From: Gemmatimonadota bacterium | GTDB lineage: Bacteria; Gemmatimonadota; Gemmatimonadetes; Longimicrobiales; Gaopeijiaceae | Assembly (NCBI GenBank): GCA_007126575.1 | Contig: SLBA01000019.1 | Coordinates: 1 to 29,575 of the forward strand | DNA length: 29,575 nucleotides | Direction: 5' to 3' | Shown: positions 8,275-17,809 of the stretch, piece after piece | Position numbering within the stretch: position 1 is the stretch's first letter | How the letters are laid out: each line of letters starts with the position of its first letter | Program-made: the position numbers and the translations under genes | The notes under the pieces: generated by a model | What the model was told of the DNA's origin: nothing | The model's database searches: none | Seen by the model: the letters and a program-made list of their open reading frames with translations, nothing else

Positions 8275-8469
8275 TCAGACCAGTTGCGCCGAGCAGAGGC
8301 GGTCGAGGTCCACGAAGCTCCGCTTGAGCACCGAGGGCTCCTCCTGGAGGAGGTCGATCAGTCGGTCGTAGCGCTCCAGCGCCTCGGCGGGCACCTGCAG
8401 CTCCTCGTGGTGATACTCCCCCTCGTCGACGAAGAGGAGTCTCAGCGTCACCATCGATCCGTCGCTCAC
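8275..8469 (-). CDS. Small hypothetical protein (~59-64 aa), acidic
   Basis: GTG at 8469 overlaps the DsbA-like stop (GTGA); an alternative ATG lies 5 codons in (MVTLRLLF...). Composition is not GC-noise-like (L/E/D-rich). It is convergent with the DUF402 gene with only a 14-nt gap. Confidence 0.45.
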   Translation of the reverse strand: MSDGSMVTLRLLFVDEGEYHHEELQVPAEALERYDRLIDLLQEEPSVLKRSFVDLDRLCSAQLV

Positions 8470-9302
8470 AGCCCCTCCCCACCGTCGGGAATGATCGAGG
8501 CTCCGTCGTCGTCCGATTCGTCTTCGTCCTGCGATGAGGCGGCGCCCGGGGGCGTGTGCCCGCGTCGCTCGAGGGCGGAATCGATCTGATCCCGCATCTG
8601 CTGCAAGTCTCGCCAGTCCGGAATCCGCACGGGGGTACCCTCGCCGGTGTTCAGCATCAGGGTAGGAGTTCCCGCCACTCCCAGCTGGCGTGCGAGCTCC
8701 AGGTTCGCGGTCACGACCTCGGCATGGCGGTCGCTCCGCAGGCAGGAACGGAAATCCGACGCGTTCAGCCCCACCTCGTCGGCGTACCCTTCGAAGGTTC
8801 GGTTCGGGTCCGCCTGTGTGCCCCAGGTGGTCTGTCTCTGGAAGAGGAGGTCGTGGAAGGGCCAGTACCCGTCCTGATCTCCGGCGCAGCGCGCGGCCCG
8901 AGCGGCGATGAAGGAGTTCGGAAACATGCCGGTGGGGAAGTCATAATACTCGAACCGCATCAGCCCTCGGTCGACATAGGCCCGGTCGAGGGTGGGTTTG
9001 GCCTGCATGGTGAACGCCTGGCACGCATTGCAGGAGTAGTCCGAGAAATCCATGAGGGTGATCGGCGCGCCGGGATCCCCACGCACCACGGGCTCGGCCA
9101 TCGCGAGCAGTTCGGTCGGAGAATCGAACTCGATATCGACCGGCGCCCGCACCGTCTGGTCGGTCGCCGTCGACACGATGTTCCAGGCCAGGATCGCGAC
9201 GGCGAGGACCCCCACTCCGCCCAGGACCATGACCATGGTATTGGGTGTGCTCTTTTCTTCCTTTTCCTTCTTTCCCTTGTTCTTCCTCGTCCGCTGCGCC
9301 AC
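8466..9302 (-). CDS. DsbA-like thioredoxin-fold thiol:disulfide oxidoreductase, membrane anchored, with a Lys/Glu-rich cytoplasmic N-tail
   Basis: GTG start at 9302 lies 6 nt after the strong SD AGGGAGG. The N-tail AQRTRKNKGKKEKEEKS is followed by a TM segment (VMVLGGVGVLAVAILAW). The thioredoxin/DsbA domain carries the active site C-N-A-C (DFSDYSCNACQAF) and a C-terminal GTPT cis-Pro region. It ends in an acidic tail. Confidence 0.7.
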   Translation of the reverse strand: MAQRTRKNKGKKEKEEKSTPNTMVMVLGGVGVLAVAILAWNIVSTATDQTVRAPVDIEFDSPTELLAMAEPVVRGDPGAPITLMDFSDYSCNACQAFTMQAKPTLDRAYVDRGLMRFEYYDFPTGMFPNSFIAARAARCAGDQDGYWPFHDLLFQRQTTWGTQADPNRTFEGYADEVGLNASDFRSCLRSDRHAEVVTANLELARQLGVAGTPTLMLNTGEGTPVRIPDWRDLQQMRDQIDSALERRGHTPPGAASSQDEDESDDDGASIIPDGGEGL

Positions 9303-9327
9303 GCTCTGCCTCCCTGTGTTCTAACGC

Positions 9328-10044
9328 TCAATCCAGAAGGAACCGAAGCATCCGCTCCGTTTCCGAGAAATCCTCCACCACGATGTCCGCGCCGGAGCGT
9401 TCGAGCTCCGTGGCGCTGAATCCACCGGTCGCGACCCCGATCGTCCGCATGCCGTGCGCCTGTCCACACGCGACGTCCCGCGGGGTGTCGCCGATGATCA
9501 CCACATTGTCAGCCTCGAAGTCGATCCGCCAGCTTCGCTTCGCACGCTGTAGTGCGATCGCCGGAAGCTCGTTTCGCTCCTCGTGATCCGACCCGAAGGC
9601 CCCGACCGACTCTCCCGACGCGGGAAAGAAGGGCGTATCGAGCCCGGCCGAGCCCAGCTTGAGCGCCGCTCCCCGCACGTGGTTTCCGGTCACGAGCCCC
9701 AGCCCCACCGTGCCGGCCCGGCTCCGGCGATCGAGTTCCGCCATCAGACTCACCACACCGGGAAGCGCACGCGTCGGCACCGCCGGAAGCCGCGCCTCCA
9801 TTCCCTTCAGGTAGTGCTCGAAGAGGCCGTCGAGGCCGGCCGTGATCCGCTCGGCGTCGAGACCGGCCTCGACCAGCAACTCCCGGGCGATCTGCGGGTC
9901 GGTCTTCCCCGAAAAGTCCCAGCTCTCGATCGGCCCGGCAGTGCCGAATACGGCCAGAAGAGCCTCGTGAAAGGCCTCCTTGGCCGGTCCACCCGCCACG
10001 AGCGTCCCGTCGATATCGAAGAGCAGGAGGCGGTTCATGCCCAT
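9328..10044 (-). CDS. HAD-superfamily hydrolase (subfamily IA-like, phosphoglycolate phosphatase-type)
   Basis: Motif I LLLFDIDGTLV sits at the N-terminus. The motif II Ser/Thr region and a C-terminal IIGDTPRD (motif IV) are present. Chosen start MGMNRLLLFDIDG at 10044. The six-frame ORF extends to 10554 but overlaps the dehydratase gene. Confidence 0.7.
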   Translation of the reverse strand: MGMNRLLLFDIDGTLVAGGPAKEAFHEALLAVFGTAGPIESWDFSGKTDPQIARELLVEAGLDAERITAGLDGLFEHYLKGMEARLPAVPTRALPGVVSLMAELDRRSRAGTVGLGLVTGNHVRGAALKLGSAGLDTPFFPASGESVGAFGSDHEERNELPAIALQRAKRSWRIDFEADNVVIIGDTPRDVACGQAHGMRTIGVATGGFSATELERSGADIVVEDFSETERMLRFLLD

Positions 10045-10100
10045 CCCTCCACGGGACCCAACGCCCACCCCGGGCCACTCAAACGTGACATCGGCCCCCC

Positions 10101-11132
10101 TCAGACGAGTTCGGAAAGGAACGAGGGGTCCAGGTTGCCCCCGCTCAGCGTCACCCCGACCCGCCGCCCCTCGAGCTTCACGGCCCCGGAGCGGAGGGCG
10201 GCCAGGGCCGCCGCGCCCGAGTATTCGACCACGAGCTTGTGCTCCACCAGCAGATGCCGTGTCGCCTCGCGGATCGCCTCGTCGGTCACCGTCACCACAT
10301 CGTCGAAGAGGGCATCGAAGTGGCGGAAGGTCAGGTCCCCCGGCCGGACGGGCGCGAGCCCGTCTGCGATCGTCTCGATGGACTCGAGGGTGACCGGCCG
10401 ACCCGCGTCGAGGGAACGACGCATCGAGGCGGCACCTTCGGCCTCGACCCCGATGATGGTGGCCCCCGGCCGCAGCGCACGGAGCGCGACGGCCGATCCC
10501 GATCCGAGGCCTCCTCCGCCGACGCAGACGAGCCAGGTATCCATCTCCGGCCACTCCAGCGCGGCCTCGCGCGCCGCGGTCCCTTGTCCCGCGATGATCC
10601 AGGGGTCGTCGAAGGGAGGGACCATGTGCTGGCCCTCCTCCCGCTGGATCGCCTCGGCCCGGGCCTTCCGCTCGACCGAGGTGTCGCCCTCGGAAATCAC
10701 CCGGGCTCCGTAAGCGATCGCCCCTCGGCGCTTCACCTCGGGGGCCCGGGTCGGCATCACCACGACGGCCGGCACCCCACGCAGGCGTGCCGAGAGCGCC
10801 ACGGCCTGCGCATGGTTGCCCGAGGAATAGGTGATCACCCCCGCGGCGAGTTCATCGTCGGAGAGTCGAGCGATGTGGTTGTACGCGCCGCGAAGTTTGA
10901 ACGACCCGGAGCGCTGAAGCGACTCGGCCTTGAGGCGGACCTCGGCCCCGGCCGTCTCACTCGTCGCCGGAGCGTCGAGGAGCGGAGTGCGGACCGCGAT
11001 CCCCTGCAGTCGTTCCGCGGCGGCCTCGACCTCGGTGAAGGGGACGAGGCCATCCGGCCCCAGTCCCTGACCTGAGCTCGCGGTCGGGTCGGGTTTCGGC
11101 TTCGGGTCCGCCGCTCCCAGCCCCGGGCTCAC
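10101..11132 (-). CDS. Threonine/serine dehydratase (PLP fold-type II, no regulatory ACT domain)
   Basis: PLP-lysine motif SGSFKLRGA and glycine loop [10 protein letters not shown]. About 320-aa core. GTG at 11132 overlaps the gyrA stop (GTGA) with GGAGGAGGAG immediately upstream. The ~20-aa low-complexity N-extension makes the exact start uncertain. Confidence 0.7.
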   Translation of the reverse strand: MSPGLGAADPKPKPDPTASSGQGLGPDGLVPFTEVEAAAERLQGIAVRTPLLDAPATSETAGAEVRLKAESLQRSGSFKLRGAYNHIARLSDDELAAGVITYSSGNHAQAVALSARLRGVPAVVVMPTRAPEVKRRGAIAYGARVISEGDTSVERKARAEAIQREEGQHMVPPFDDPWIIAGQGTAAREAALEWPEMDTWLVCVGGGGLGSGSAVALRALRPGATIIGVEAEGAASMRRSLDAGRPVTLESIETIADGLAPVRPGDLTFRHFDALFDDVVTVTDEAIREATRHLLVEHKLVVEYSGAAALAALRSGAVKLEGRRVGVTLSGGNLDPSFLSELV

Positions 11133-13750
11133 TCCTCCTCCGCCGGATCGTCTCCGGACTCGTCGTCCTCGGCGTCGTCGCCGGGAGCCTCACCCGCGCC
11201 CTCCTCCGACTTGCGGGCCTCGATGCTGGCGAGAGCCTCGACCGGGCTCTCGACACCCGTCAATTCGTCCTCGTTCTCCTCGTCGGCGTCCTCGGGGATG
11301 ATCCGGGCCACGTCCATGATGTGGTCGTTGTCGTCGAGGTTGACGAGCTTGACCCCCTGCGTGGCGCGCCCGATCACACGCACATCGCGGATCGGCTGTC
11401 GATTCACGACCCCGTTTCGGGTGATCAGCATGACCTCGTCCTCTTCGAGCACCGACTTGATCGTGATCACTTTCCCGGTGCGCTTCGAGATCCGCATGTT
11501 GATCACGCCCTTCCCGCCCCTGCGCTGAAGCCGGTAGGCGTCGATCTCGGTGCGCTTGCCCATGCCCCCTTCGGTCACGACCAGCAGTGTGGAATCATCT
11601 CGCACCACCACCATCCCCACCACGTGGTCCCCCTCGGCCAGGTCGATCCCCCGCACACCCTCGGTCGCCCGACCGATGGACCGGGCGTCGGATTCGTGGA
11701 ACCGGATCGCCATCCCCTCGTAGGTCGCCAGGATGACCTCGTTGTCGCCATTCGTGATCTGCACATCGATCAACTCGTCACCCTCACGGATGTTGATCGC
11801 GTTGAGCCCGACCGAGCGCACGTTTCCGTAGGCCGAAAGCGCCGTCTTCTTGACCGTGCCGTTGCGGGTGCAGAAGAGGAGGAATCGATCGTCGGCGAAC
11901 TCACGTACCGGCACGACCGAAGCGATCCGCGAGTCCTTCTCGATCTCGAGCAGGTTCACGATCGGCTTGCCCCGTGAGATCCGGCTCCCCTGCGGGATCT
12001 GCCACACCTTGAGCCAGTAGCACTGCCCGTCCCGGGTGAAGATCATGAGATAGTCGTGGGTGGAAGCCACGAAGAGGTGCTCCACCCAGTCCTCGTCCTT
12101 CGTGTTCATTCCGACGAGTCCCCGGCCCCCGCGTCGCTGCGCACGGTAGGTCCCCACGGGAATCCGCTTCACGTAGCCCTGGTGCGAGAGGGTGATCACC
12201 ATCTCCTCATCGGCGATCAGGTCCTCCATGCTCAGGTCGGAGTGCTCCCCGATGATCGAGGTGCGGCGCTCGTCTCCGTACTTCTCGGCGAGCTCCTCGA
12301 GTTCCTCCGAGATCACCGCCATGCGCATCTCGCGACTCCCGAGCAACTCCTCGAGCTCCGCGATCCGGGCGCGGACCTCGCCCAGCTCGGCCTCGAGCTT
12401 CTCCATCTCGAGCCCGGTCAGACGGGCGAGGCGCATGTTGAGGATCGCCTCGGCCTGCTTCTCGGACAGCTCGAAGACTTCCTGAAGCTCGGCCGACGCC
12501 TGCGGGGTGTCGTCGGAGCCGCGAATGATCTTGATCACCCGGTCGATGTTGTCGACTGCGATCTTCAGACCCTCGAGAATGTGCTCCCGGGCCTGCGCCT
12601 TGCGAAGGTCGAACTCGCTGCGCCGCACCACCACCACATGTCGGTGGTCGATGAAGTGCTGCAGCATCTCGCGCAGCGTCATCACCTTCGGTTCGCCCCC
12701 GACCAGCGCCAGGAGGATCGTCCCGAAGGTCGCCTGCATCTGGGTGTGCTTGTAGAGCTTGTTCAGCACGATGTGCGAGACCGCGTCGCGCTTGAGCTCG
12801 ATCACGATCCGCATCCCCTCGCGATCGGACTCGTCGCGCAGCACCGAGATCTCGGTCAGCTTCTTGTCGCGGACCAGCCCCGCGATCTGCTCGATCAGGC
12901 GGGTCTTGTTCACCATGAAGGGGATCTCACGGATCACGATCCGCTCGCGGAGGCCGCCCTCGACCTCTTCGATCTCGGCTTTGGCCCGCATGACGACGCG
13001 TCCGCGCCCCGTGCGGTAGGCGTCGCGAATTCCGTCGCGACCGCAGATGTGCCCGCCGGTCGGGAAATCCGGCCCGGTGATGAGTGCTTCGAGGTGTTCC
13101 TGGGGCAGCTCGGGATCCTGGATCAGTGCGTTCGTCGCCGCCACCACCTCGCGCAGGTTGTGCGGAGGGATGTTCGTGGCCATCCCGACCGCGATCCCCG
13201 AGGACCCGTTGATCAGGAGATTCGGAAGCTTCGAAGGCAGGACGGTCGGCTCATCGATCCGCCCGTCGAAGTTCGGCGAGAAGGCCACCGTCTCCTTGTC
13301 GATGTCCTCGAGCATCTCCATCGACGCCGCGGTCAGCTTCGCCTCGGTGTACCGGTAGGCGGCTGCGGAGTCTCCGTCGATCGACCCGAAGTTCCCCTGC
13401 CCATCGACCAGCGGATAGCGAAGCGAGAAATCCTGAACCATCCGGACCATCGAGTCGTATACCGCCGAGTCGCCGTGCGGATGGTATTTTCCCAGCACCT
13501 CTCCGACCACACTCGCGCTCTTCTTGTACGCCCGACCCGGAGAAAGCCCCAGGTCGTTCATGGCGTAGAGAATCCGGCGGTGCACGGGCTTCAGCCCGTC
13601 CCGAACGTCCGGCAGGGCCCGCTGCACGATCACGCTCATCGAGTAGTCGATGAACGAGTCTCTCATCTCGTCTTCGAGCAGGCGGGTGAGAACTCGCTGT
13701 CCGAGGTTCTCGGTATCGTCGGTGGTGCCCGTCTCGTTGTCCGAATCCAT
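11129..13750 (-). CDS. gyrA: DNA gyrase subunit A
   Basis: Active-site region AAMRYTE appears here as [11 protein letters not shown]-terminal signature [25 protein letters not shown] and the QRDR-like [13 protein letters not shown] are present. C-terminal beta-pinwheel repeats are followed by an acidic tail. The start MDSDNE at 13750 is chosen over the upstream ATG at 13789. Confidence 0.95.
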   Translation of the reverse strand: MDSDNETGTTDDTENLGQRVLTRLLEDEMRDSFIDYSMSVIVQRALPDVRDGLKPVHRRILYAMNDLGLSPGRAYKKSASVVGEVLGKYHPHGDSAVYDSMVRMVQDFSLRYPLVDGQGNFGSIDGDSAAAYRYTEAKLTAASMEMLEDIDKETVAFSPNFDGRIDEPTVLPSKLPNLLINGSSGIAVGMATNIPPHNLREVVAATNALIQDPELPQEHLEALITGPDFPTGGHICGRDGIRDAYRTGRGRVVMRAKAEIEEVEGGLRERIVIREIPFMVNKTRLIEQIAGLVRDKKLTEISVLRDESDREGMRIVIELKRDAVSHIVLNKLYKHTQMQATFGTILLALVGGEPKVMTLREMLQHFIDHRHVVVVRRSEFDLRKAQAREHILEGLKIAVDNIDRVIKIIRGSDDTPQASAELQEVFELSEKQAEAILNMRLARLTGLEMEKLEAELGEVRARIAELEELLGSREMRMAVISEELEELAEKYGDERRTSIIGEHSDLSMEDLIADEEMVITLSHQGYVKRIPVGTYRAQRRGGRGLVGMNTKDEDWVEHLFVASTHDYLMIFTRDGQCYWLKVWQIPQGSRISRGKPIVNLLEIEKDSRIASVVPVREFADDRFLLFCTRNGTVKKTALSAYGNVRSVGLNAINIREGDELIDVQITNGDNEVILATYEGMAIRFHESDARSIGRATEGVRGIDLAEGDHVVGMVVVRDDSTLLVVTEGGMGKRTEIDAYRLQRRGGKGVINMRISKRTGKVITIKSVLEEDEVMLITRNGVVNRQPIRDVRVIGRATQGVKLVNLDDNDHIMDVARIIPEDADEENEDELTGVESPVEALASIEARKSEEGAGEAPGDDAEDDESGDDPAEEE

Positions 13751-13793
13751 GAAGCATCCCGGTTCAGGGGGAAGTCCCCCATGAAGCAATACC

Positions 13794-13831
13794 GACCCAG
13801 CCGCCCCCTGATCAGAAGGGGGCGGCGGGTC
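13794..13831 (-). terminator. GC-rich hairpin (15-bp stem with one bulge, 7-nt loop GATCAGA) between the lipoprotein gene and gyrA; candidate intrinsic terminator or gyrA leader structure
   Basis: GACCCAGCCGCCCCCT gatcaga AGGGGGCGGCGGGTC. On the - strand it is followed by GGTATTGCTTCAT, which is only weakly U-rich. It lies 67 nt after the lipoprotein stop and 44 nt before the gyrA ATG. Confidence 0.35.
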
Positions 13832-13897
13832 GGTCTACAGTCCTTGAAAAATAACGGACTTCGGGGGGGTCAGGCAACCGTTCGGGCGCCCGGAAAT

Positions 13898-14548
13898 TCA
13901 GCCCGGTTCGTGGGTGGGCTCCGTCTCCTCGTAGCCCCATGGGGCGGGGGGCGGATCGACCGGACTCGTCAGGTCGAACGCCCAACGCAGGGCGTTGTCG
14001 AAGGTGCTGCGAGTGAGCCGATACGCGAACTCCTCTCCGGGCTCGATCTCCATGCGCCAGATGTTGTTCTCGGCGCCCCTGGCCATTTCGGCAATGACCG
14101 TGCGGGTGAACTCGTCTGCCGGGAAGGTCTGCATGTTGGGGGTCCCCACCTCGTCGGTGTCTCCCCCGTACTGCGTGATCTCTTCCTCGGTGCCGTCCTC
14201 GTAGCGATGGTCGTGCTTGAGCCGGATTCCCTGCGCCGTGCGGGTCAGGATCCAGGTCCTCGACCGGTTGTCGTCGACGTGCAGGGGAATCCGGATCTCG
14301 TCCGGATAGCACTGACGCACGTGCATCACGCGCCGCACCTCGTCGTCGGTCCCCTCGAACGCCATCCCGCACAGGTCCAGGATCGAGGACCAGAAGGCGT
14401 CCTGCTCCTCGGGAAGCTCGAACTGCGAGAGCGCCAGGAGGTCCTCTTCGGGTGCCTCGCACGCCGCGAAGACCCCGACCGCCAGAAAGAGCGCCATCGT
14501 GGAGAGCAGCAACCGGACACCGCGGGGGTGCACCTTTGACTTCGTCAT
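13898..14548 (-). CDS. Hypothetical lipoprotein (~216 aa)
   Basis: Signal peptide with lipobox (LFLAVGVFAAC-E). GAGG RBS 6 nt upstream of ATG 14548. Composition is non-random and Glu/Asp-rich. The six-frame ORF continues to 16324 only as an antisense-frame shadow inside uvrA. Confidence 0.55.
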   Translation of the reverse strand: MTKSKVHPRGVRLLLSTMALFLAVGVFAACEAPEEDLLALSQFELPEEQDAFWSSILDLCGMAFEGTDDEVRRVMHVRQCYPDEIRIPLHVDDNRSRTWILTRTAQGIRLKHDHRYEDGTEEEITQYGGDTDEVGTPNMQTFPADEFTRTVIAEMARGAENNIWRMEIEPGEEFAYRLTRSTFDNALRWAFDLTSPVDPPPAPWGYEETEPTHEPG

Positions 14549-14733
14549 ATACGACCTCGTTCGCACGGGAGTGGTGAAGTGGAGAGGTGGAGTGTTGGCC
14601 CCGGGGGCCCGTGCGTCAAGGGCGAGATGACGGTCGCAGTGGACGATGGCCCGCTCGGGACAGGAGCGCGTGGAGGGCGGACCCGATTCGGCAGGGGTGC
14701 CGTCAGCGGAGCCGGGAAGGCTGCCGTGAGGGG

Positions 14734-17664
14734 TCAGGCGCCCGAAGGAGTGAGCGCACTCACCTCGAGGTTCAATGCGGCGGCGAGAAAGGGGGCGGTG
14801 AGAGAGTCCGGAGCGACGGCGACCTCCTCGGGGGTTCCGGTGGCCACGATACGGCCTCCCCGGACCCCGGCGTCGGGCCCCATGTCGACCACGTGGTCCG
14901 CGGTCTTCACCAGGTCCAGGTTGTGCTCGACCACCAGGACCGTATGCCCCGCGTCGACCAGGCGGCTCAGTACCTCGAGGAGCTTCCGCACGTCCTCTCC
15001 GGCCAGGCCGGTCGTGGGTTCGTCCAGCAGGTAGAGGTTCCTCGAGCGCGCCTTGCCCCCGCCTCCGGAGCGTCCCCGACCTCCTCCGGCCGCCCCGGCC
15101 AGCTCGCGGGCGATCTTGAGCCGCTGCGCCTCGCCCCCCGACAGGGTGGTCGCGGACTGGCCGAGTCTCAGGTAGCCCAGCCCGACCTGCTGCAGGTGCC
15201 AGAGGGTCTGGCCCAGCCGGTCGGCCTTCACGAAGAAGCGGATCGCCTCGTCGACGGTGAGCCCCAGGACATCGGCGATCGAGAGACCCCGCACGGTGAC
15301 CTCGAGCACCTCGGGCTTGAACCGGCGCCCCCGACACACGTCGCAGGGCACGTACACGTCGGCCATGAACACCATCTCGACCTCGACCTGACCGGCCCCC
15401 TTGCAGGCCTCGCAGCGGCCGCCCTTCACGTTGAAGGAGAAGTGGCCCGGCTCGAAGCCCCGCGCCCGGGCCAGCGGCTGGGCGGCGAAGATCTTGCGAA
15501 TCTCGCCCCACGCCTTGATGTAAGTGACCGGGTTGGAGCGGGGGGTGCGCCCGATCGGACTCTGGTCGACCAGCACGACGGCGTCCAGCGCATGCAGGCC
15601 CTCGAGGGCGTCGTAGGCTCCGACCGCCTCTCCCAGGTGCTCCTTCGCCGAGGTCTCTCCCTGGCCCAGCTCGCGTTCGAGGGCCCGGTAGAGGATGTCG
15701 TGGATCAGTGTCGACTTGCCCGATCCGGACACCCCGGTGACCACGGTGAGCGCCCGCAGCGGGATTCGCAGATCCACCCCCCGGACATTGTGAAGCCGGG
15801 CGTTGCGGAGGACGATGGCTCCCCGATCGGTGGCCCGCCGATCGGTGGGAACGGGGATCTCCCTCCGCCCGGAGAGGAAGTGGCCGGTCACCGTGTCCGC
15901 CTCGAGGAGGGCCTCGGGGATGCCCTGAAAGACGACCTCGCCCCCGTGCTCTCCCGACCCGGGTCCCAGCTCGAGCACCTCGTCGGCCGAGAGAATCGCT
16001 CGGGAATCGTGCTCGACGACCAGCACGGTGTTGCCCTGATCCCGCAGCCGGGCCAGGAGCCCCAGCAGTGCTTCGGTGTCGCGCGGATGGAGGCCGATCG
16101 ATGGCTCGTCCAGAACGTAGAGGGTGTCGACCAGCCGCGATCCGAGGGAGTTCGCCAGGTTGATCCGCTGTGCCTCGCCACCCGACAGCGACCGGGTCTG
16201 GCGCCCGAGGGTCAGATAGCCCAGCCCGACCTCCACGAGAAAGGAAACCCGGGCGCGCAATTCCCGAACGACGGTCTCGGCGATCTCGGCCTCCTGTCCT
16301 TCGAGGGCGAGGCCGTCGACCCACTCCCGGAGCCGATCGAGGGGCAGGTCACAGATTTCGGCGATCGTACAGCCCTCGATCTTCACGTTGAGGGCCTCGG
16401 GCCGCACCCGCCCACCCCCGCACGACGGGCAGGTCAGCGGGCTCTGGTACTGGCGCAGGAAGACCCGGATATACTGCTTGTAGCGCTTCTTCTCGCGCGA
16501 CCGAAGGAAGGGGATGACGCCCCCGAACTTCCGGTCCGTGAGCCGCCCGGCGCCCGCCGAAGCCCCGTGCACGACGGCGTCCCGGAAGTCTTCCGGAAGC
16601 TCGTGCCAGGGGGTGTGGATCGAGACCTCCATGCGCGAGGCGTACTCCCTCAGGCGGGTCCGCTCCTTCCGGTACCGGGGCTTGGTCCATGGGTCCACCG
16701 CCCCCTCGTCCAGCGACCGCTCGGGGTTTGGGATGATGAGATCCTCGTCGTATTCGAGGATCGCGCCGAAGCCGGTGCACTCCGGGCAGGATCCATACGG
16801 CGAATTGAACGAGAAGAACTGTGGAGAGGGGGCCGGAAAGTCGATCTCGGGATGCTCCGGACACCGAAATCGCTCCGTAAACGAGAGCACATCGGGGAGG
16901 CCGTCGTCGCCCGGATCGGCCTCTCCGTCCGGCAGGAGGACCAGGGCCTCGCCCTCGCCCTCACGAAAGGCGGTCCCCACCGAGTCGGCCAGACGGTCTC
17001 GCTGGTCGGCGCGGACCTTCAGCCGGTCGACGATCACGAGGCGCTCCTCGGCCTCGCCCAGATCGACCCCCAGGGTCTCGGGATTCTCGGCACCCTCGCC
17101 TCCGAGCTCGACCATCACCCCGTCGACACGAAGCCGCACGAAGCCCATGAGCCGGAGATTCGTGACCAGCCCCTCGTGGGTGGTCCGGTCGCTGCGCGGG
17201 AGGGGAAATGCGACCATGAACCGGGTGCCTTCGGGCAGCTCCAGGATGCGATCCACCGCGCCCGAGACGGTGTCCGGAACGACGTGACGCCCGCACTCGG
17301 GGCACAGCGTCCGCCCCACCCGGGCATAGAGGAGCCGCAGGTAGTCGTAGACCTCGGTCGCGGTCCCCACGGTCGACCGGCTGGTCTTCGTCGGGTTCTT
17401 CTGCTCGATCGCGACGGCGGGCGAGATGCCGTCGATCCGATCCACGTCGGGCTTCTCCATCCGCTCCAGGAACTGTTTCGCGTAGGTCGAGAGCGACTCG
17501 ACGTACCGACGCTGTCCTTCGGCGAAGATCGTGTCGAGTGCCAGCGAAGACTTTCCGGACCCCGACGGTCCCGTGACCACGATGAACCGGCCGCGCGGGA
17601 GATCCAGATCCAGACCCTTCAGATTGTGCTGCCGGGCGCCGCGAATGCGGATGTGGGTGTCCAT
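14734..17664 (-). CDS. uvrA: Excinuclease ABC subunit A
   Basis: Two ABC ATPase modules: Walker A GPSGSGKSSLA and GVSGSGKSTL, signature LSGGEAQR twice. Zinc-finger cysteines are present (CPECGRH..., CEACKGAG..., CDVCRGRR). About 977 aa. It carries a Gly/Arg-rich insertion before the C-terminal Walker B. Confidence 0.95.
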   Translation of the reverse strand: MDTHIRIRGARQHNLKGLDLDLPRGRFIVVTGPSGSGKSSLALDTIFAEGQRRYVESLSTYAKQFLERMEKPDVDRIDGISPAVAIEQKNPTKTSRSTVGTATEVYDYLRLLYARVGRTLCPECGRHVVPDTVSGAVDRILELPEGTRFMVAFPLPRSDRTTHEGLVTNLRLMGFVRLRVDGVMVELGGEGAENPETLGVDLGEAEERLVIVDRLKVRADQRDRLADSVGTAFREGEGEALVLLPDGEADPGDDGLPDVLSFTERFRCPEHPEIDFPAPSPQFFSFNSPYGSCPECTGFGAILEYDEDLIIPNPERSLDEGAVDPWTKPRYRKERTRLREYASRMEVSIHTPWHELPEDFRDAVVHGASAGAGRLTDRKFGGVIPFLRSREKKRYKQYIRVFLRQYQSPLTCPSCGGGRVRPEALNVKIEGCTIAEICDLPLDRLREWVDGLALEGQEAEIAETVVRELRARVSFLVEVGLGYLTLGRQTRSLSGGEAQRINLANSLGSRLVDTLYVLDEPSIGLHPRDTEALLGLLARLRDQGNTVLVVEHDSRAILSADEVLELGPGSGEHGGEVVFQGIPEALLEADTVTGHFLSGRREIPVPTDRRATDRGAIVLRNARLHNVRGVDLRIPLRALTVVTGVSGSGKSTLIHDILYRALERELGQGETSAKEHLGEAVGAYDALEGLHALDAVVLVDQSPIGRTPRSNPVTYIKAWGEIRKIFAAQPLARARGFEPGHFSFNVKGGRCEACKGAGQVEVEMVFMADVYVPCDVCRGRRFKPEVLEVTVRGLSIADVLGLTVDEAIRFFVKADRLGQTLWHLQQVGLGYLRLGQSATTLSGGEAQRLKIARELAGAAGGGRGRSGGGGKARSRNLYLLDEPTTGLAGEDVRKLLEVLSRLVDAGHTVLVVEHNLDLVKTADHVVDMGPDAGVRGGRIVATGTPEEVAVAPDSLTAPFLAAALNLEVSALTPSGA

Positions 17665-17809
17665 GCGGTCAGGGGAGCGCGGGTCGGAGGAACTCGAGTC
17701 AAACCTGATAGAACGCCGGGGGCCGATCGGAGTTCCGAACAAGCCGAGCCGGGGTCCCGTGCGGGTCTCCCCACTTGCCCTGCCTCCATCGGCGTATCCA
17801 GTTTGGAGT

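Noticed and set aside
9241-9300. Local pyrimidine-rich, low-GC patch on the + strand
   Set aside because: It is fully explained as the coding sequence (- strand, purine-rich AAG/GAA codons) of the Lys/Glu-rich N-tail of the DsbA-like protein. It is not an insertion or a regulatory element.
8556-9419. 287-aa + strand ORF and other 60-120-aa ORFs between 8100 and 9600
   Set aside because: Antisense to the DsbA-like and HAD genes with no coding-like composition.
12056-14539. 827-aa ORF on the + strand
   Set aside because: It lies antisense to gyrA. The predicted protein is Arg/Pro/Gly/His-rich with no motifs. This is the typical GC-rich antisense shadow. gyrA on the - strand explains the region.
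13898-16324. 808-aa - strand ORF
   Set aside because: Only the last 216 codons (13898-14548, starting MTKSKVHPRG with a GAGG RBS) look like a real lipoprotein. The upstream 590 codons run through uvrA in another frame and are Arg/Gly/Pro noise.
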